Assembly: GCA_045586595.1 (NCBI GenBank)
Contig: JAZNAQ010000031.1
Location: forward strand, 36,143 to 100,142
DNA length: 64,000 nucleotides
Reading direction: 5' to 3'
Source of the DNA: Eubacteriales bacterium
Lineage (GTDB): Bacteria > Bacillota > Clostridia > Oscillospirales > JAAYXM01
The notes beneath the pieces were generated by a model that saw nothing but the letters and a program-made list of their open reading frames with translations, was not told the origin of the DNA and searched no databases. Below, one piece after another: positions 57,298 to 64,000 of this stretch (the first letter of the stretch is position 1; each line of letters starts with the position of its first letter). Position numbers and translations under genes: made by a program.

Positions 57298-58351
57298 CTT
57301 CTCCCACCGCCTTTCTCTTTGTTTTCACAACTCCGAATCTGCGCGGACGAATTACTCTGTCCATAAAGCATGAACAGCAATTCATTATGAGTATTGCATG
57401 AGCCGCACCCTCACTGTATGTACCGAAATACCGTATAAGAACAGTCAGCACACCGCAGCCTATGCCGTAAACAATGCGACCCTTGGCAGTGACGGGGCTG
57501 GTTGTATAGTCCGTCGCCATAAACACTGCTCCAAAAAGAAGCCCGCCCGAGCATACACTGTAGAGCATCCACTGCCAGCCCGGATTCCCACCGAGGGGGA
57601 ACAGGAATGTGAGCACCGCCACAGTGCCGACATACGCCGCAGGTATATGTATTGTTATTACTCTCCTTACAAGAAGGTATATCGCAGCTGCCACGATTAC
57701 AACAGCAGAAACCTCGCCGATGCAGCCTGCCACATTACCCACAACAACATCGCGAAGGCTTGATATAACATCATCTCCACCTGCCATGGCTACGCTCGGC
57801 AATACTCCCTGCTTCATCTTCATAAGCGGGGTAACAGAAGCAATAACTTCCGGTGAAAGGGTTTTATTAGTTACGTTTTCAAACGCAGAAACAGCTGACG
57901 AGCCAAGGTTTGGCTTTACCCAGACCGACACAAGAGCCGGCCACGAAAACAAAAATGCACGGGCGGCAAGTGCCGGATTTAAAAAATTCTTCCCGAGCCC
58001 TCCGTAAAGCTGTTTTACAACAACTATCGCAAAAAACGCACCAACAACAGGTATCCATAACGGAACTGATACAGGAAGACACATGGCGATAAGCATTCCC
58101 GTAACAACTGCAGACATATCCCCGATAGTTGAAGGTTTTTTTGCAATGTAACGGTAAAGCCATTCAAACGCAACACACGACGCAACCGATGTAAGCGTAA
58201 GCGTCGCTGCGCGCCACCCGAAAAAGTATATAGCCATAATAAGAGGGAAAACAAGAGCAACCACAACATCCATCATGATTGAGCGCGTATCCTCGTCTGA
58301 CCTTATATATGGTGAGGATGACATTAGAAGTCTTTTGTTATCTATCTTCAT
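57272..58351 (-). CDS. rnfD: Rnf complex subunit D
   Basis: 359 aa, polytopic, RnfD/NqrB-like, with the FMN-attachment-type TDYTTSPVT segment. Confidence 0.9.
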   Translation of the reverse strand: MKIDNKRLLMSSSPYIRSDEDTRSIMMDVVVALVFPLIMAIYFFGWRAATLTLTSVASCVAFEWLYRYIAKKPSTIGDMSAVVTGMLIAMCLPVSVPLWIPVVGAFFAIVVVKQLYGGLGKNFLNPALAARAFLFSWPALVSVWVKPNLGSSAVSAFENVTNKTLSPEVIASVTPLMKMKQGVLPSVAMAGGDDVISSLRDVVVGNVAGCIGEVSAVVIVAAAIYLLVRRVITIHIPAAYVGTVAVLTFLFPLGGNPGWQWMLYSVCSGGLLFGAVFMATDYTTSPVTAKGRIVYGIGCGVLTVLIRYFGTYSEGAAHAILIMNCCSCFMDRVIRPRRFGVVKTKRKAVGEDEDKPCEN

Positions 58352-59675
58352 TCGCCTTATCCTCCCTCACTTTCTCGTCTGCAAGAAGCTTTTTGACAGA
58401 ACGGAATGCCGAAACAAGAGAAATTCTTGCCGGGCATATATACGAACAACACCCGCACTCTGTGCAGTCCTCAACATTTAGTCTTTCGCACTTATCAAGC
58501 TTGCCTGCCTTATACTCACGCAAGATATATAACGGCATAAGGTTCATCGGGCACACTCCCACGCATTTTCCACAGTGAATACATGTGCTCTCAGGCGCAA
58601 GCTTGTCCTCGTCCCGACAAAACGCAAGCACTGCATTTGTTCCTTTTATGACCGGAGCCTCCAGAGAGTACTGCGACAGCCCCATCATCGGGCCTCCTGC
58701 AATAACACGGTGCGGATGCTCCAAAAATCCGCCACAGGCTTCAAAAAGCTCGCCTATAGGGGTTCCTATTCTTACAAGAAGATTCTTGGGGTTTGCAACG
58801 GCAGAGCCTGAGACCGTAACAACGCGTGATGTAAGGGGTCTTCCCTCTCTTACTGCTCGCGCCACGGCTACAGCCGTAGATACGTTTACCGTAATTACTC
58901 CTATGTCTGCTCCCGTCCCTTTCGGGGGAACCTCACGGCCCGTAACTGCCTGTATTATCTGACGTTCTGCCCCCTGTGGGTATTTCGTATGGAAAACAGA
59001 GAGCTTTACTCCCGCTTTTCTCGTAAGCACACGACGCATCTCTGCAATCGCATGAGCCTTGTCTGACTCTATCGCAACAACTACCTCTTTTATCCCAAGC
59101 GCTTTGGCTATTATCAGCGCACCGTCATACAGCTCTTCGCTGTATTCTATCATCATTCTGTTATCTGACGTTATATACGGCTCACATTCTGCGCCGTTTA
59201 CAATCAGCGTATCTACATTGCTGTCGGATACAAGAAGCTTCTCCGATAGCGGAACTGCCGAGCCACCGAGCCCCACAATGCCTGCATCGCGTACTAAAAG
59301 TGCAAGCTCCTCTGCGCCAAGGCTCTGGAACCTGTCATATGATACTCCCGCATCCTCACACTCGTCTTGAAAGTCATTTTCAATAACTATTGAAAGAACT
59401 TTTTCACCTTTTATATGCAACCTCGGCTCTATTGCAACAACCTCACCCGAAACAGACGCATGTATCGGCGCGCTGTTAGGCGCTGTCGATTCCGCTATCT
59501 TCTGCCCGAGCTTAACGCGCTCTCCTACTTCAACCATGGGGCTACACATAACCCCCTTATGCATAAGCATGGGTAATACAATCTCTCGGGGAGCATTCAT
59601 CTCTTCAATGGGCTTTTTATGTGTAGCCGATTTTCTTATATCCGGATGTATACCGCCTTTAAAATTTGCTGGCAT
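58338..59675 (-). CDS. rnfC: Rnf complex subunit C (NADH-binding, 2x[4Fe-4S])
   Basis: 445 aa with GLGGSAVP-type nucleotide-binding, CIHCGKCVGVCP and CTECGCCSYICP. Confidence 0.92.
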   Translation of the reverse strand: MPANFKGGIHPDIRKSATHKKPIEEMNAPREIVLPMLMHKGVMCSPMVEVGERVKLGQKIAESTAPNSAPIHASVSGEVVAIEPRLHIKGEKVLSIVIENDFQDECEDAGVSYDRFQSLGAEELALLVRDAGIVGLGGSAVPLSEKLLVSDSNVDTLIVNGAECEPYITSDNRMMIEYSEELYDGALIIAKALGIKEVVVAIESDKAHAIAEMRRVLTRKAGVKLSVFHTKYPQGAERQIIQAVTGREVPPKGTGADIGVITVNVSTAVAVARAVREGRPLTSRVVTVSGSAVANPKNLLVRIGTPIGELFEACGGFLEHPHRVIAGGPMMGLSQYSLEAPVIKGTNAVLAFCRDEDKLAPESTCIHCGKCVGVCPMNLMPLYILREYKAGKLDKCERLNVEDCTECGCCSYICPARISLVSAFRSVKKLLADEKVREDKANEDR

Positions 59676-59749
59676 TAGTCCTCACCTCTTTTTAATGTGG
59701 TGTATTTTTCTTCAACTTAAAGCATATGTTCATAGGTATAGATATTACT

Positions 59750-59778
59750 ATTTTACAACAAACGCTCCTTTCTTGCAA
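59750..59778 (-). promoter_or_regulatory. Sigma-A type promoter for rnfC (TTGCAA-17 nt-TAAAAT)
   Basis: The minus strand reads TTGCAAgaaaggagcgtttgttgTAAAAT, about 70 nt upstream of the rnfC ATG. Confidence 0.5.
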
Positions 59779-59843
59779 GCTTTCTTGTTGATTTGGCATA
59801 AATTTAGGAGAAAGTTTACAAATGAGTTTTTTTGCTTTTTCTA

Positions 59844-59872
59844 TTGTTATATTTATAATTCGGGAGTATAAT
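59844..59872 (+). promoter_or_regulatory. Sigma-A type promoter for upp (TTGTTA-17 nt-TATAAT)
   Basis: The plus strand reads TTGTTAtatttataattcgggagTATAAT, 34 nt upstream of the upp ATG. Confidence 0.5.
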
Positions 59873-59906
59873 AAAATAAAAAATAATAAAAGGGGATGTG
59901 TAAGAC

Positions 59907-60536
59907 ATGGGAAAACTTCATATTATTGACCACCCGCTTATTCTCCACAAGCTCACTAATATGCGTGACAAAAACACCGGCTCAAAGGATTTTAGAGAGC
60001 TTCTCAACGAAATCGCCCTGCTTATGGGATATGAGATTACGCGTGACCTGCCCCTGTGCGACGTTGAAATTGAAACGCCGATGGGCAAGATGACTGCAAA
60101 AAAAATCGCAGGCAAAAAGCTCGCTATTGTCCCTATCCTCCGTGCCGGCATCGGTATGGTTGACGGCCTTCTCACACTTCTTCCCGTTGCCAAGGTCGGC
60201 CACATCGGCCTCTACCGCAACGAGGAAACACACAAGCCCGTATTCTATTACTGCAAGCTCCCCTCAGATATAGAAAATCGTATGGTTATTGTAACAGACC
60301 CAATGCTCGCAACAGGTGGAAGTGCGGCCGATGCAATCTCTATGCTCAAAGAAAAGGGTTGCTCGCAAATTAAGCTCATGTGCCTTGTTGCCGCGCCCGA
60401 GGGAGTTAAAATGGTGCAGGACAAGCACCCCGATGTAGATATTTATGTAGCCTCGCTCGATGAGTGCTTAAACGATGACGCATACATCGTTCCCGGTCTT
60501 GGCGATGCCGGCGACAGAATTTTCGGTACAAAATAA
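59907..60536 (+). CDS. upp: Uracil phosphoribosyltransferase
   Basis: 209 aa with [13 protein letters not shown], the PRPP loop [12 protein letters not shown] and the C-terminal [17 protein letters not shown]. Confidence 0.95.
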   Translation: MGKLHIIDHPLILHKLTNMRDKNTGSKDFRELLNEIALLMGYEITRDLPLCDVEIETPMGKMTAKKIAGKKLAIVPILRAGIGMVDGLLTLLPVAKVGHIGLYRNEETHKPVFYYCKLPSDIENRMVIVTDPMLATGGSAADAISMLKEKGCSQIKLMCLVAAPEGVKMVQDKHPDVDIYVASLDECLNDDAYIVPGLGDAGDRIFGTK

Positions 60537-60544
60537 TAAAATGT

Positions 60545-60583
60545 AAAAAACAGAGCGCATGAAATTCCATGCGCTCTGTTTTA
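60545..60583. terminator. Bidirectional intrinsic terminator between upp (+) and the ZIP transporter gene (-)
   Basis: AAAAAACAGAGCGCATG-AAATTC-CATGCGCTCTGTTTT: a 12-bp stem with an A run on one side and a T run on the other. Confidence 0.8.
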
Positions 60584-61336
60584 TTATCCTAACAGCACGT
60601 CCGTAACAAGCATCAGACAAAAACCCACGAGAAGTGCATATGTTGCTCCGCGCTCGTTTCCGTTTGCATGTGTCTCAGGTATCATCTCATCGCTTATAAC
60701 ATACAGCATTGTGCCACCCGCGAAAGCGAGCGCAAACGGCAGGACGACTGATGCAAGAGATACTGCAAAATACCCGAGAAGCGTGCCGGCAACCTCTACA
60801 AGCCCTGTCAGCATTGCACACACAAACGTCCTTTTCGGCGGTACCCCGGCCGCAAGCATAGGCCCTATAATCACCATTCCTTCGGGTATGTTCTGAAGGG
60901 CAATGCCGCCCGCAATAATAAGTGCTTGCGCTGTGTTTCCCGAACCGAACCCAACACCTGCTGCAATACCCTCAGGCAGGTTGTGTATTGCAATAGCCGT
61001 TACGAAGAGTAGCACCCGGCTCAAGTTTGCATTATTGTGAGGCTCTGTCTCCGCCCCCACAAGCCTGTGAAGGTGGGGCACAAGCTTGTCTATAAGGTTA
61101 AGACAAAGCGCGCCCGCAAATATTCCTGCAATCGTAATAATGATACCAAACCTTCCGCCATAATCAAGAGAAGGCAGAACAAGCCCCAATACCGCAGCTG
61201 CAAGCATTACACCCGCGGCAAAGGATAATATTATGTCTGAAAACCGCCTTGATAAGCCCTTGAATATAAAACCAACCAAAGATCCTATTACTGTTGCCCC
61301 GCCGACACCAAGCGCCGTAAGCAATACCATATTCAT
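60584..61336 (-). CDS. zupT: ZIP-family divalent metal transporter (ZupT-like)
   Basis: 250 aa, polytopic, with HNLPEG and QNIPEG metal-binding motifs. Confidence 0.85.
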   Translation of the reverse strand: MNMVLLTALGVGGATVIGSLVGFIFKGLSRRFSDIILSFAAGVMLAAAVLGLVLPSLDYGGRFGIIITIAGIFAGALCLNLIDKLVPHLHRLVGAETEPHNNANLSRVLLFVTAIAIHNLPEGIAAGVGFGSGNTAQALIIAGGIALQNIPEGMVIIGPMLAAGVPPKRTFVCAMLTGLVEVAGTLLGYFAVSLASVVLPFALAFAGGTMLYVISDEMIPETHANGNERGATYALLVGFCLMLVTDVLLG

Positions 61337-61356
61337 AAGTACTCTCCTTTGTAAGA

Positions 61357-61384
61357 AAAGCGGTTGCGCACGGCAACCGCTTTT
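61357..61384 (-). terminator. Intrinsic terminator after the rubredoxin gene, abutting the ZIP gene RBS
   Basis: AAAAGCGGTTGC-CGTGC-GCAACCGCTTTT on the minus strand. The ZIP RBS AAAGGAGAG begins about 10 nt downstream. Confidence 0.65.
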
Positions 61385-61394
61385 GTTGCGTCAA

Positions 61395-61550
61395 TTACTC
61401 TTCACTGAAATCATCTTTTCCGACTCCGCAAAGCGGACAGACAAAATCCTCGGGAAGGTCCTCAAACTTTGTGCCGGGGGATATCCCCTCATCGGGCAAA
61501 CCCTCAGCCTCGTCATAAACCCAACCGCAGATATTGCAAACGTACTTCAT
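61395..61550 (-). CDS. Rubredoxin
   Basis: 51 aa starting [14 protein letters not shown]...[13 protein letters not shown] (two CxxCG knuckles). RBS GGGAGG. The ORF-track N-terminal extension would overlap the FDP gene. Confidence 0.9.
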   Translation of the reverse strand: MKYVCNICGWVYDEAEGLPDEGISPGTKFEDLPEDFVCPLCGVGKDDFSEE

Positions 61551-61563
61551 AGTATTTTCCTCC

Positions 61564-62721
61564 CTAGCTTTTAGATAATTCATCCGCAAGCGCATCTATC
61601 TGCGCTATGCTTTCTTCATTTAGTGCCGACATTATTTTTACCGTTGTGTCGGCATATATGAGATTTGGGCTCTTTTCAAGCTTTGACTTCATAATTTTTG
61701 CCGCAAGCGGAGCCCAACTCCCGTTTTCAATAAACGCAACCGTCCTGTTTTTGAAATTGCGTTCTGTAAGATGCTCTATAAACTCACGCATAAACGGGAA
61801 AATCCCACCGCAGTATGTTGTGGTTGCCAAAACAATCTTGCTGTATCTGAACGCATCCTCTATCGCCTCTGCCATATCGCATCTTGCAAGATCATTGACA
61901 ACAACCTTAGCGCAACCTCTTTCGCGAAGCTTCTGGGCAAGAAGCTCCACAGCCTTCTTTGTGTTGCCATAAACGGAGGTGTAGGCAATTACAATGCCTT
62001 CTTCCTCCGGTCTGTAGCTTGACCATGTGTCGTACAGCCCTATATAGTAGGCAAGATTCTCACAGAGAACAGGCCCGTGCAGAGGGCAAATCATCTGTAT
62101 ATCAAGCTCCGCCGCTTTTTTCAGAAGTGCCTGTACCTGTACTCCGTATTTGCCGACAATGCCTATATAATACCGTCTCGCCTCGCACGCCCAGTCTTCC
62201 TCTATATCAAGCGCGCCAAACTTGCCGAAGCCGTCAGCCGAGAACAACACTTTGTCTTTGCTGTCGTACGTTACAATCACCTCGGGCCAGTGTACCATAG
62301 GCGCGGCAACAAAGCTAAGTGTATGCTCACCCAGAGAAAGAGTGTCTCCCTCTCCTACCACTATTTGCCTTTCTTTAAAATCATCGCCAAAAAAGTTTTT
62401 CATCATAGTAAACGACTTTGCCGACGAAACAATTTTAGCATCAGGATAGTTCTTTACAAAATCCGCAATGCTTGCCGAGTGGTCAGGCTCCATGTGCTGA
62501 ACTATAAGATAGTCGGGGCTTTTATCCCCAAGCACGCTCTTGATGTTTTCAAACCACTCATCCGTGAATCGCGCGTCTACGGTATCCATAATTGCCGTTT
62601 TATCATCACAAATCACATATGAGTTATATGCCATGCCGTTGGGCACAGTATACTGCCCCTCAAACAAGTCTATATCATGGTCATTTACGCCAATATATTT
62701 TATATCATTTGTTATATGCAT
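61564..62721 (-). CDS. Flavodiiron protein (FprA-type A flavoprotein: MBL-like diiron domain + flavodoxin domain)
   Basis: 385 aa with the diiron ligand motif HMEPDHSA and a C-terminal flavodoxin-like [10 protein letters not shown]. Confidence 0.88.
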   Translation of the reverse strand: MHITNDIKYIGVNDHDIDLFEGQYTVPNGMAYNSYVICDDKTAIMDTVDARFTDEWFENIKSVLGDKSPDYLIVQHMEPDHSASIADFVKNYPDAKIVSSAKSFTMMKNFFGDDFKERQIVVGEGDTLSLGEHTLSFVAAPMVHWPEVIVTYDSKDKVLFSADGFGKFGALDIEEDWACEARRYYIGIVGKYGVQVQALLKKAAELDIQMICPLHGPVLCENLAYYIGLYDTWSSYRPEEEGIVIAYTSVYGNTKKAVELLAQKLRERGCAKVVVNDLARCDMAEAIEDAFRYSKIVLATTTYCGGIFPFMREFIEHLTERNFKNRTVAFIENGSWAPLAAKIMKSKLEKSPNLIYADTTVKIMSALNEESIAQIDALADELSKS

Positions 62722-62816
62722 TTGAAGTCTTCCCCTTTTCTGGTGTTTATTATATTATTGCACAAAGTACACAATTTTAATAGTGACATTTGCAACAGTT
62801 TATATTTTTTACAAAA

Positions 62817-62837
62817 GAACCGCCTTTATGGCGGTTC
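62817..62837 (-). terminator. Intrinsic terminator after folA
   Basis: GAACCGCC-AUAAA-GGCGGUUC followed by UUUUGU on the minus strand, 20 nt after the folA stop. Confidence 0.65.
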
Positions 62838-62856
62838 TCATAAAATATTTATTATT

Positions 62857-63342
62857 TTACTTTCTCTTATACGTCACAAACTTAAAGCATATGCCGTTGT
62901 GAGCGTACATAGGCGAGCTCTTTTCTACTATCCAGTCTGTGCACTCATCCAAGTTGACCAGATGACGGTCTGCCTCTGCCTTTGCCTCAACCCGCGTTAT
63001 GTATGCCGTATCGCAATACTTAAGCATTTCACGGTATACGCTCTCGCCGCCGATTACAAAAACATTCTCGCTTTTCTCTCCTGCAAGAAGCTCCACAATC
63101 TCCTCCGGGCTTCTGCACACCTCGGCACCTACAATATCTCCCGCCGTCTTTGACAATACGATATTGCGCCGTTTTGGAAGCGGCTTTCCGCCCGGGAGCG
63201 ATTCAAGGGTTGTTCTGCCCATTATAACGGTCTTTCCCGTTGTCATTTCTCTAAAAAAACGCATATCCTCAGGGATATTATACAAGAGGTCGCCCTCATT
63301 GCCGATACCCCATTCGATGTCTGCCGACGCTATAATATTCAC
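62857..63342 (-). CDS. folA: Dihydrofolate reductase
   Basis: 161 aa with IGNEGDLLYNIPEDMRFFREMT, VIMGRTTLES and VIGGESVY. GGGAGGAA followed by 6 nt and GTG is the start. Confidence 0.9.
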   Translation of the reverse strand: MNIIASADIEWGIGNEGDLLYNIPEDMRFFREMTTGKTVIMGRTTLESLPGGKPLPKRRNIVLSKTAGDIVGAEVCRSPEEIVELLAGEKSENVFVIGGESVYREMLKYCDTAYITRVEAKAEADRHLVNLDECTDWIVEKSSPMYAHNGICFKFVTYKRK

Positions 63343-63401
63343 GCCGAATTCCTCCCTGCTATTTTTTCCTATTCTACTATATTCAGAGGCAATCTTATTT
63401 A

Positions 63402-64000
63402 TTATACCGCAACGGGAATTTTTGTATTAAACTCGCTGTACTTATACCCCTCAAGCTTAAAATCGTCAACAGTGAAATCATAGAAGTCTGTCTTCTCGGG
63501 GTTCATAATAAACTTTGGCGCATCAAAGGTCTCGTTCTTCATAAGTTCTTCAACAAGCGGAATATGCCTGTCGTAAATGTGCGCATCGGCAATAACGTGC
63601 ATAAGCTCACCAGCTTCAAGTCCGGCGGCTCTCGCCATCATATGTACAAGCACAGCATACTGACAGGTGTTCCAGCCGTTTGCGGTAAGCATATCCTGCG
63701 AGCGTTGATGCAGAATTGCATTTAGCTTATTGCCGCTGACATTAAACGTAACGCTGTACGCACACGGATAAAGCTGCATCTCATGTAGCTCGTCGTGGTT
63801 GTATATATTTGTCATAATTCTGCGGCTTGTCGGGTTGTTTTTAAGGTCATACAAAACACGGTCAACCTGGTCAAACATACCCTCGCGGTACTTGTGCTTC
63901 TTGCCGAGCTGGTAGCCGTATGCCTTGCCTATCGTGCCGTTCTCGTCAGCCCAAGCATCCCATATATGGCTGCGAAGCTCAGATACGCGGTTTGACTTCT
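63402..64000 (-). CDS. thyA: Thymidylate synthase ThyA (C-terminal part; N-terminus beyond window edge)
   Basis: The frame is open from 64000 and reads ...NPTSRRIMTNIYN...LYPCAYSVTFNV...LHQRSQDMLTANGWN...HIYDRH...KIPVAV, with the catalytic Cys and folate-binding motifs. Confidence 0.9.
   Translation of the reverse strand, partial: KSNRVSELRSHIWDAWADENGTIGKAYGYQLGKKHKYREGMFDQVDRVLYDLKNNPTSRRIMTNIYNHDELHEMQLYPCAYSVTFNVSGNKLNAILHQRSQDMLTANGWNTCQYAVLVHMMARAAGLEAGELMHVIADAHIYDRHIPLVEELMKNETFDAPKFIMNPEKTDFYDFTVDDFKLEGYKYSEFNTKIPVAV

Noticed and set aside
62722-62856. Possible Rex or PerR operator upstream of the flavodiiron protein gene (TTGTGTACTTTGTGCAA and AATAATATAATAA).
   Set aside because: Neither segment is a true palindrome matching TTGTGAA-N4-TTCACAA or TTATAAT-N-ATTATAA. 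This cannot be supported without position-weight-matrix scoring.
1-64000. I searched for CRISPR arrays, tRNA/rRNA genes, IS elements, transposases, integrases, phage genes, toxin-antitoxin pairs and known defence genes.
   Set aside because: Every gap longer than about 100 nt is accounted for by the SRP RNA, promoters or terminators. No direct-repeat/spacer pattern, cloverleaf-like sequence or recombinase-like ORF was seen. The window looks like a conserved core chromosome.

Overview
This 64-kb window is a chromosomal segment from an anaerobic Firmicute, probably Clostridia-like. The evidence is an Rnf complex, a flavodiiron protein with rubredoxin, Bacillus-type gene orders, and 60 of 64 protein genes on the minus strand. 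The content is almost entirely core housekeeping. In minus-strand reading order (high to low coordinates) it contains thyA-folA; a flavodiiron/rubredoxin/ZIP module; upp (+); rnfCDGEAB plus a DUF4015-like gene; and a cofE-like/ynbB-like pair. It continues with a LysR/Fe-ADH/DMT islet; thiI-cinA-nudix-walRK-yycHI; murA-yycJ-rlmH-pgcA; and ddl-murI. The rest is the rimP-nusA-ylxR-ylxQ-infB-rbfA/nrnA-truB-ribF operon; a PucR-like regulator with ftsEX, an M23 peptidase and an S41 peptidase; greA; an 11-gene compact array from lysS to a radical SAM gene; glnA-asnA; a long SRP RNA; and dnaX. I found no tRNA, rRNA, CRISPR, IS element, prophage or recognisable defence genes. I cannot point to a clear-cut new multi-gene system. 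The most noteworthy items are: (1) a single-ORF RbfA-NrnA (DHH/DHHA1) fusion; (2) a self-contained bicistron coupling a divergent CofE-like ligase-fold protein to a YnbB-like PLP enzyme, both of unknown function; (3) a Bacillus-type walRK-yycHI module with murA inserted before yycJ; (4) three uncharacterised proteins (14101-14826, 17007-17696, 34883-35290); and (5) the rnf operon extended by a membrane-anchored DUF4015-like protein. All family assignments come from reading motifs in the translations by eye and need database confirmation.
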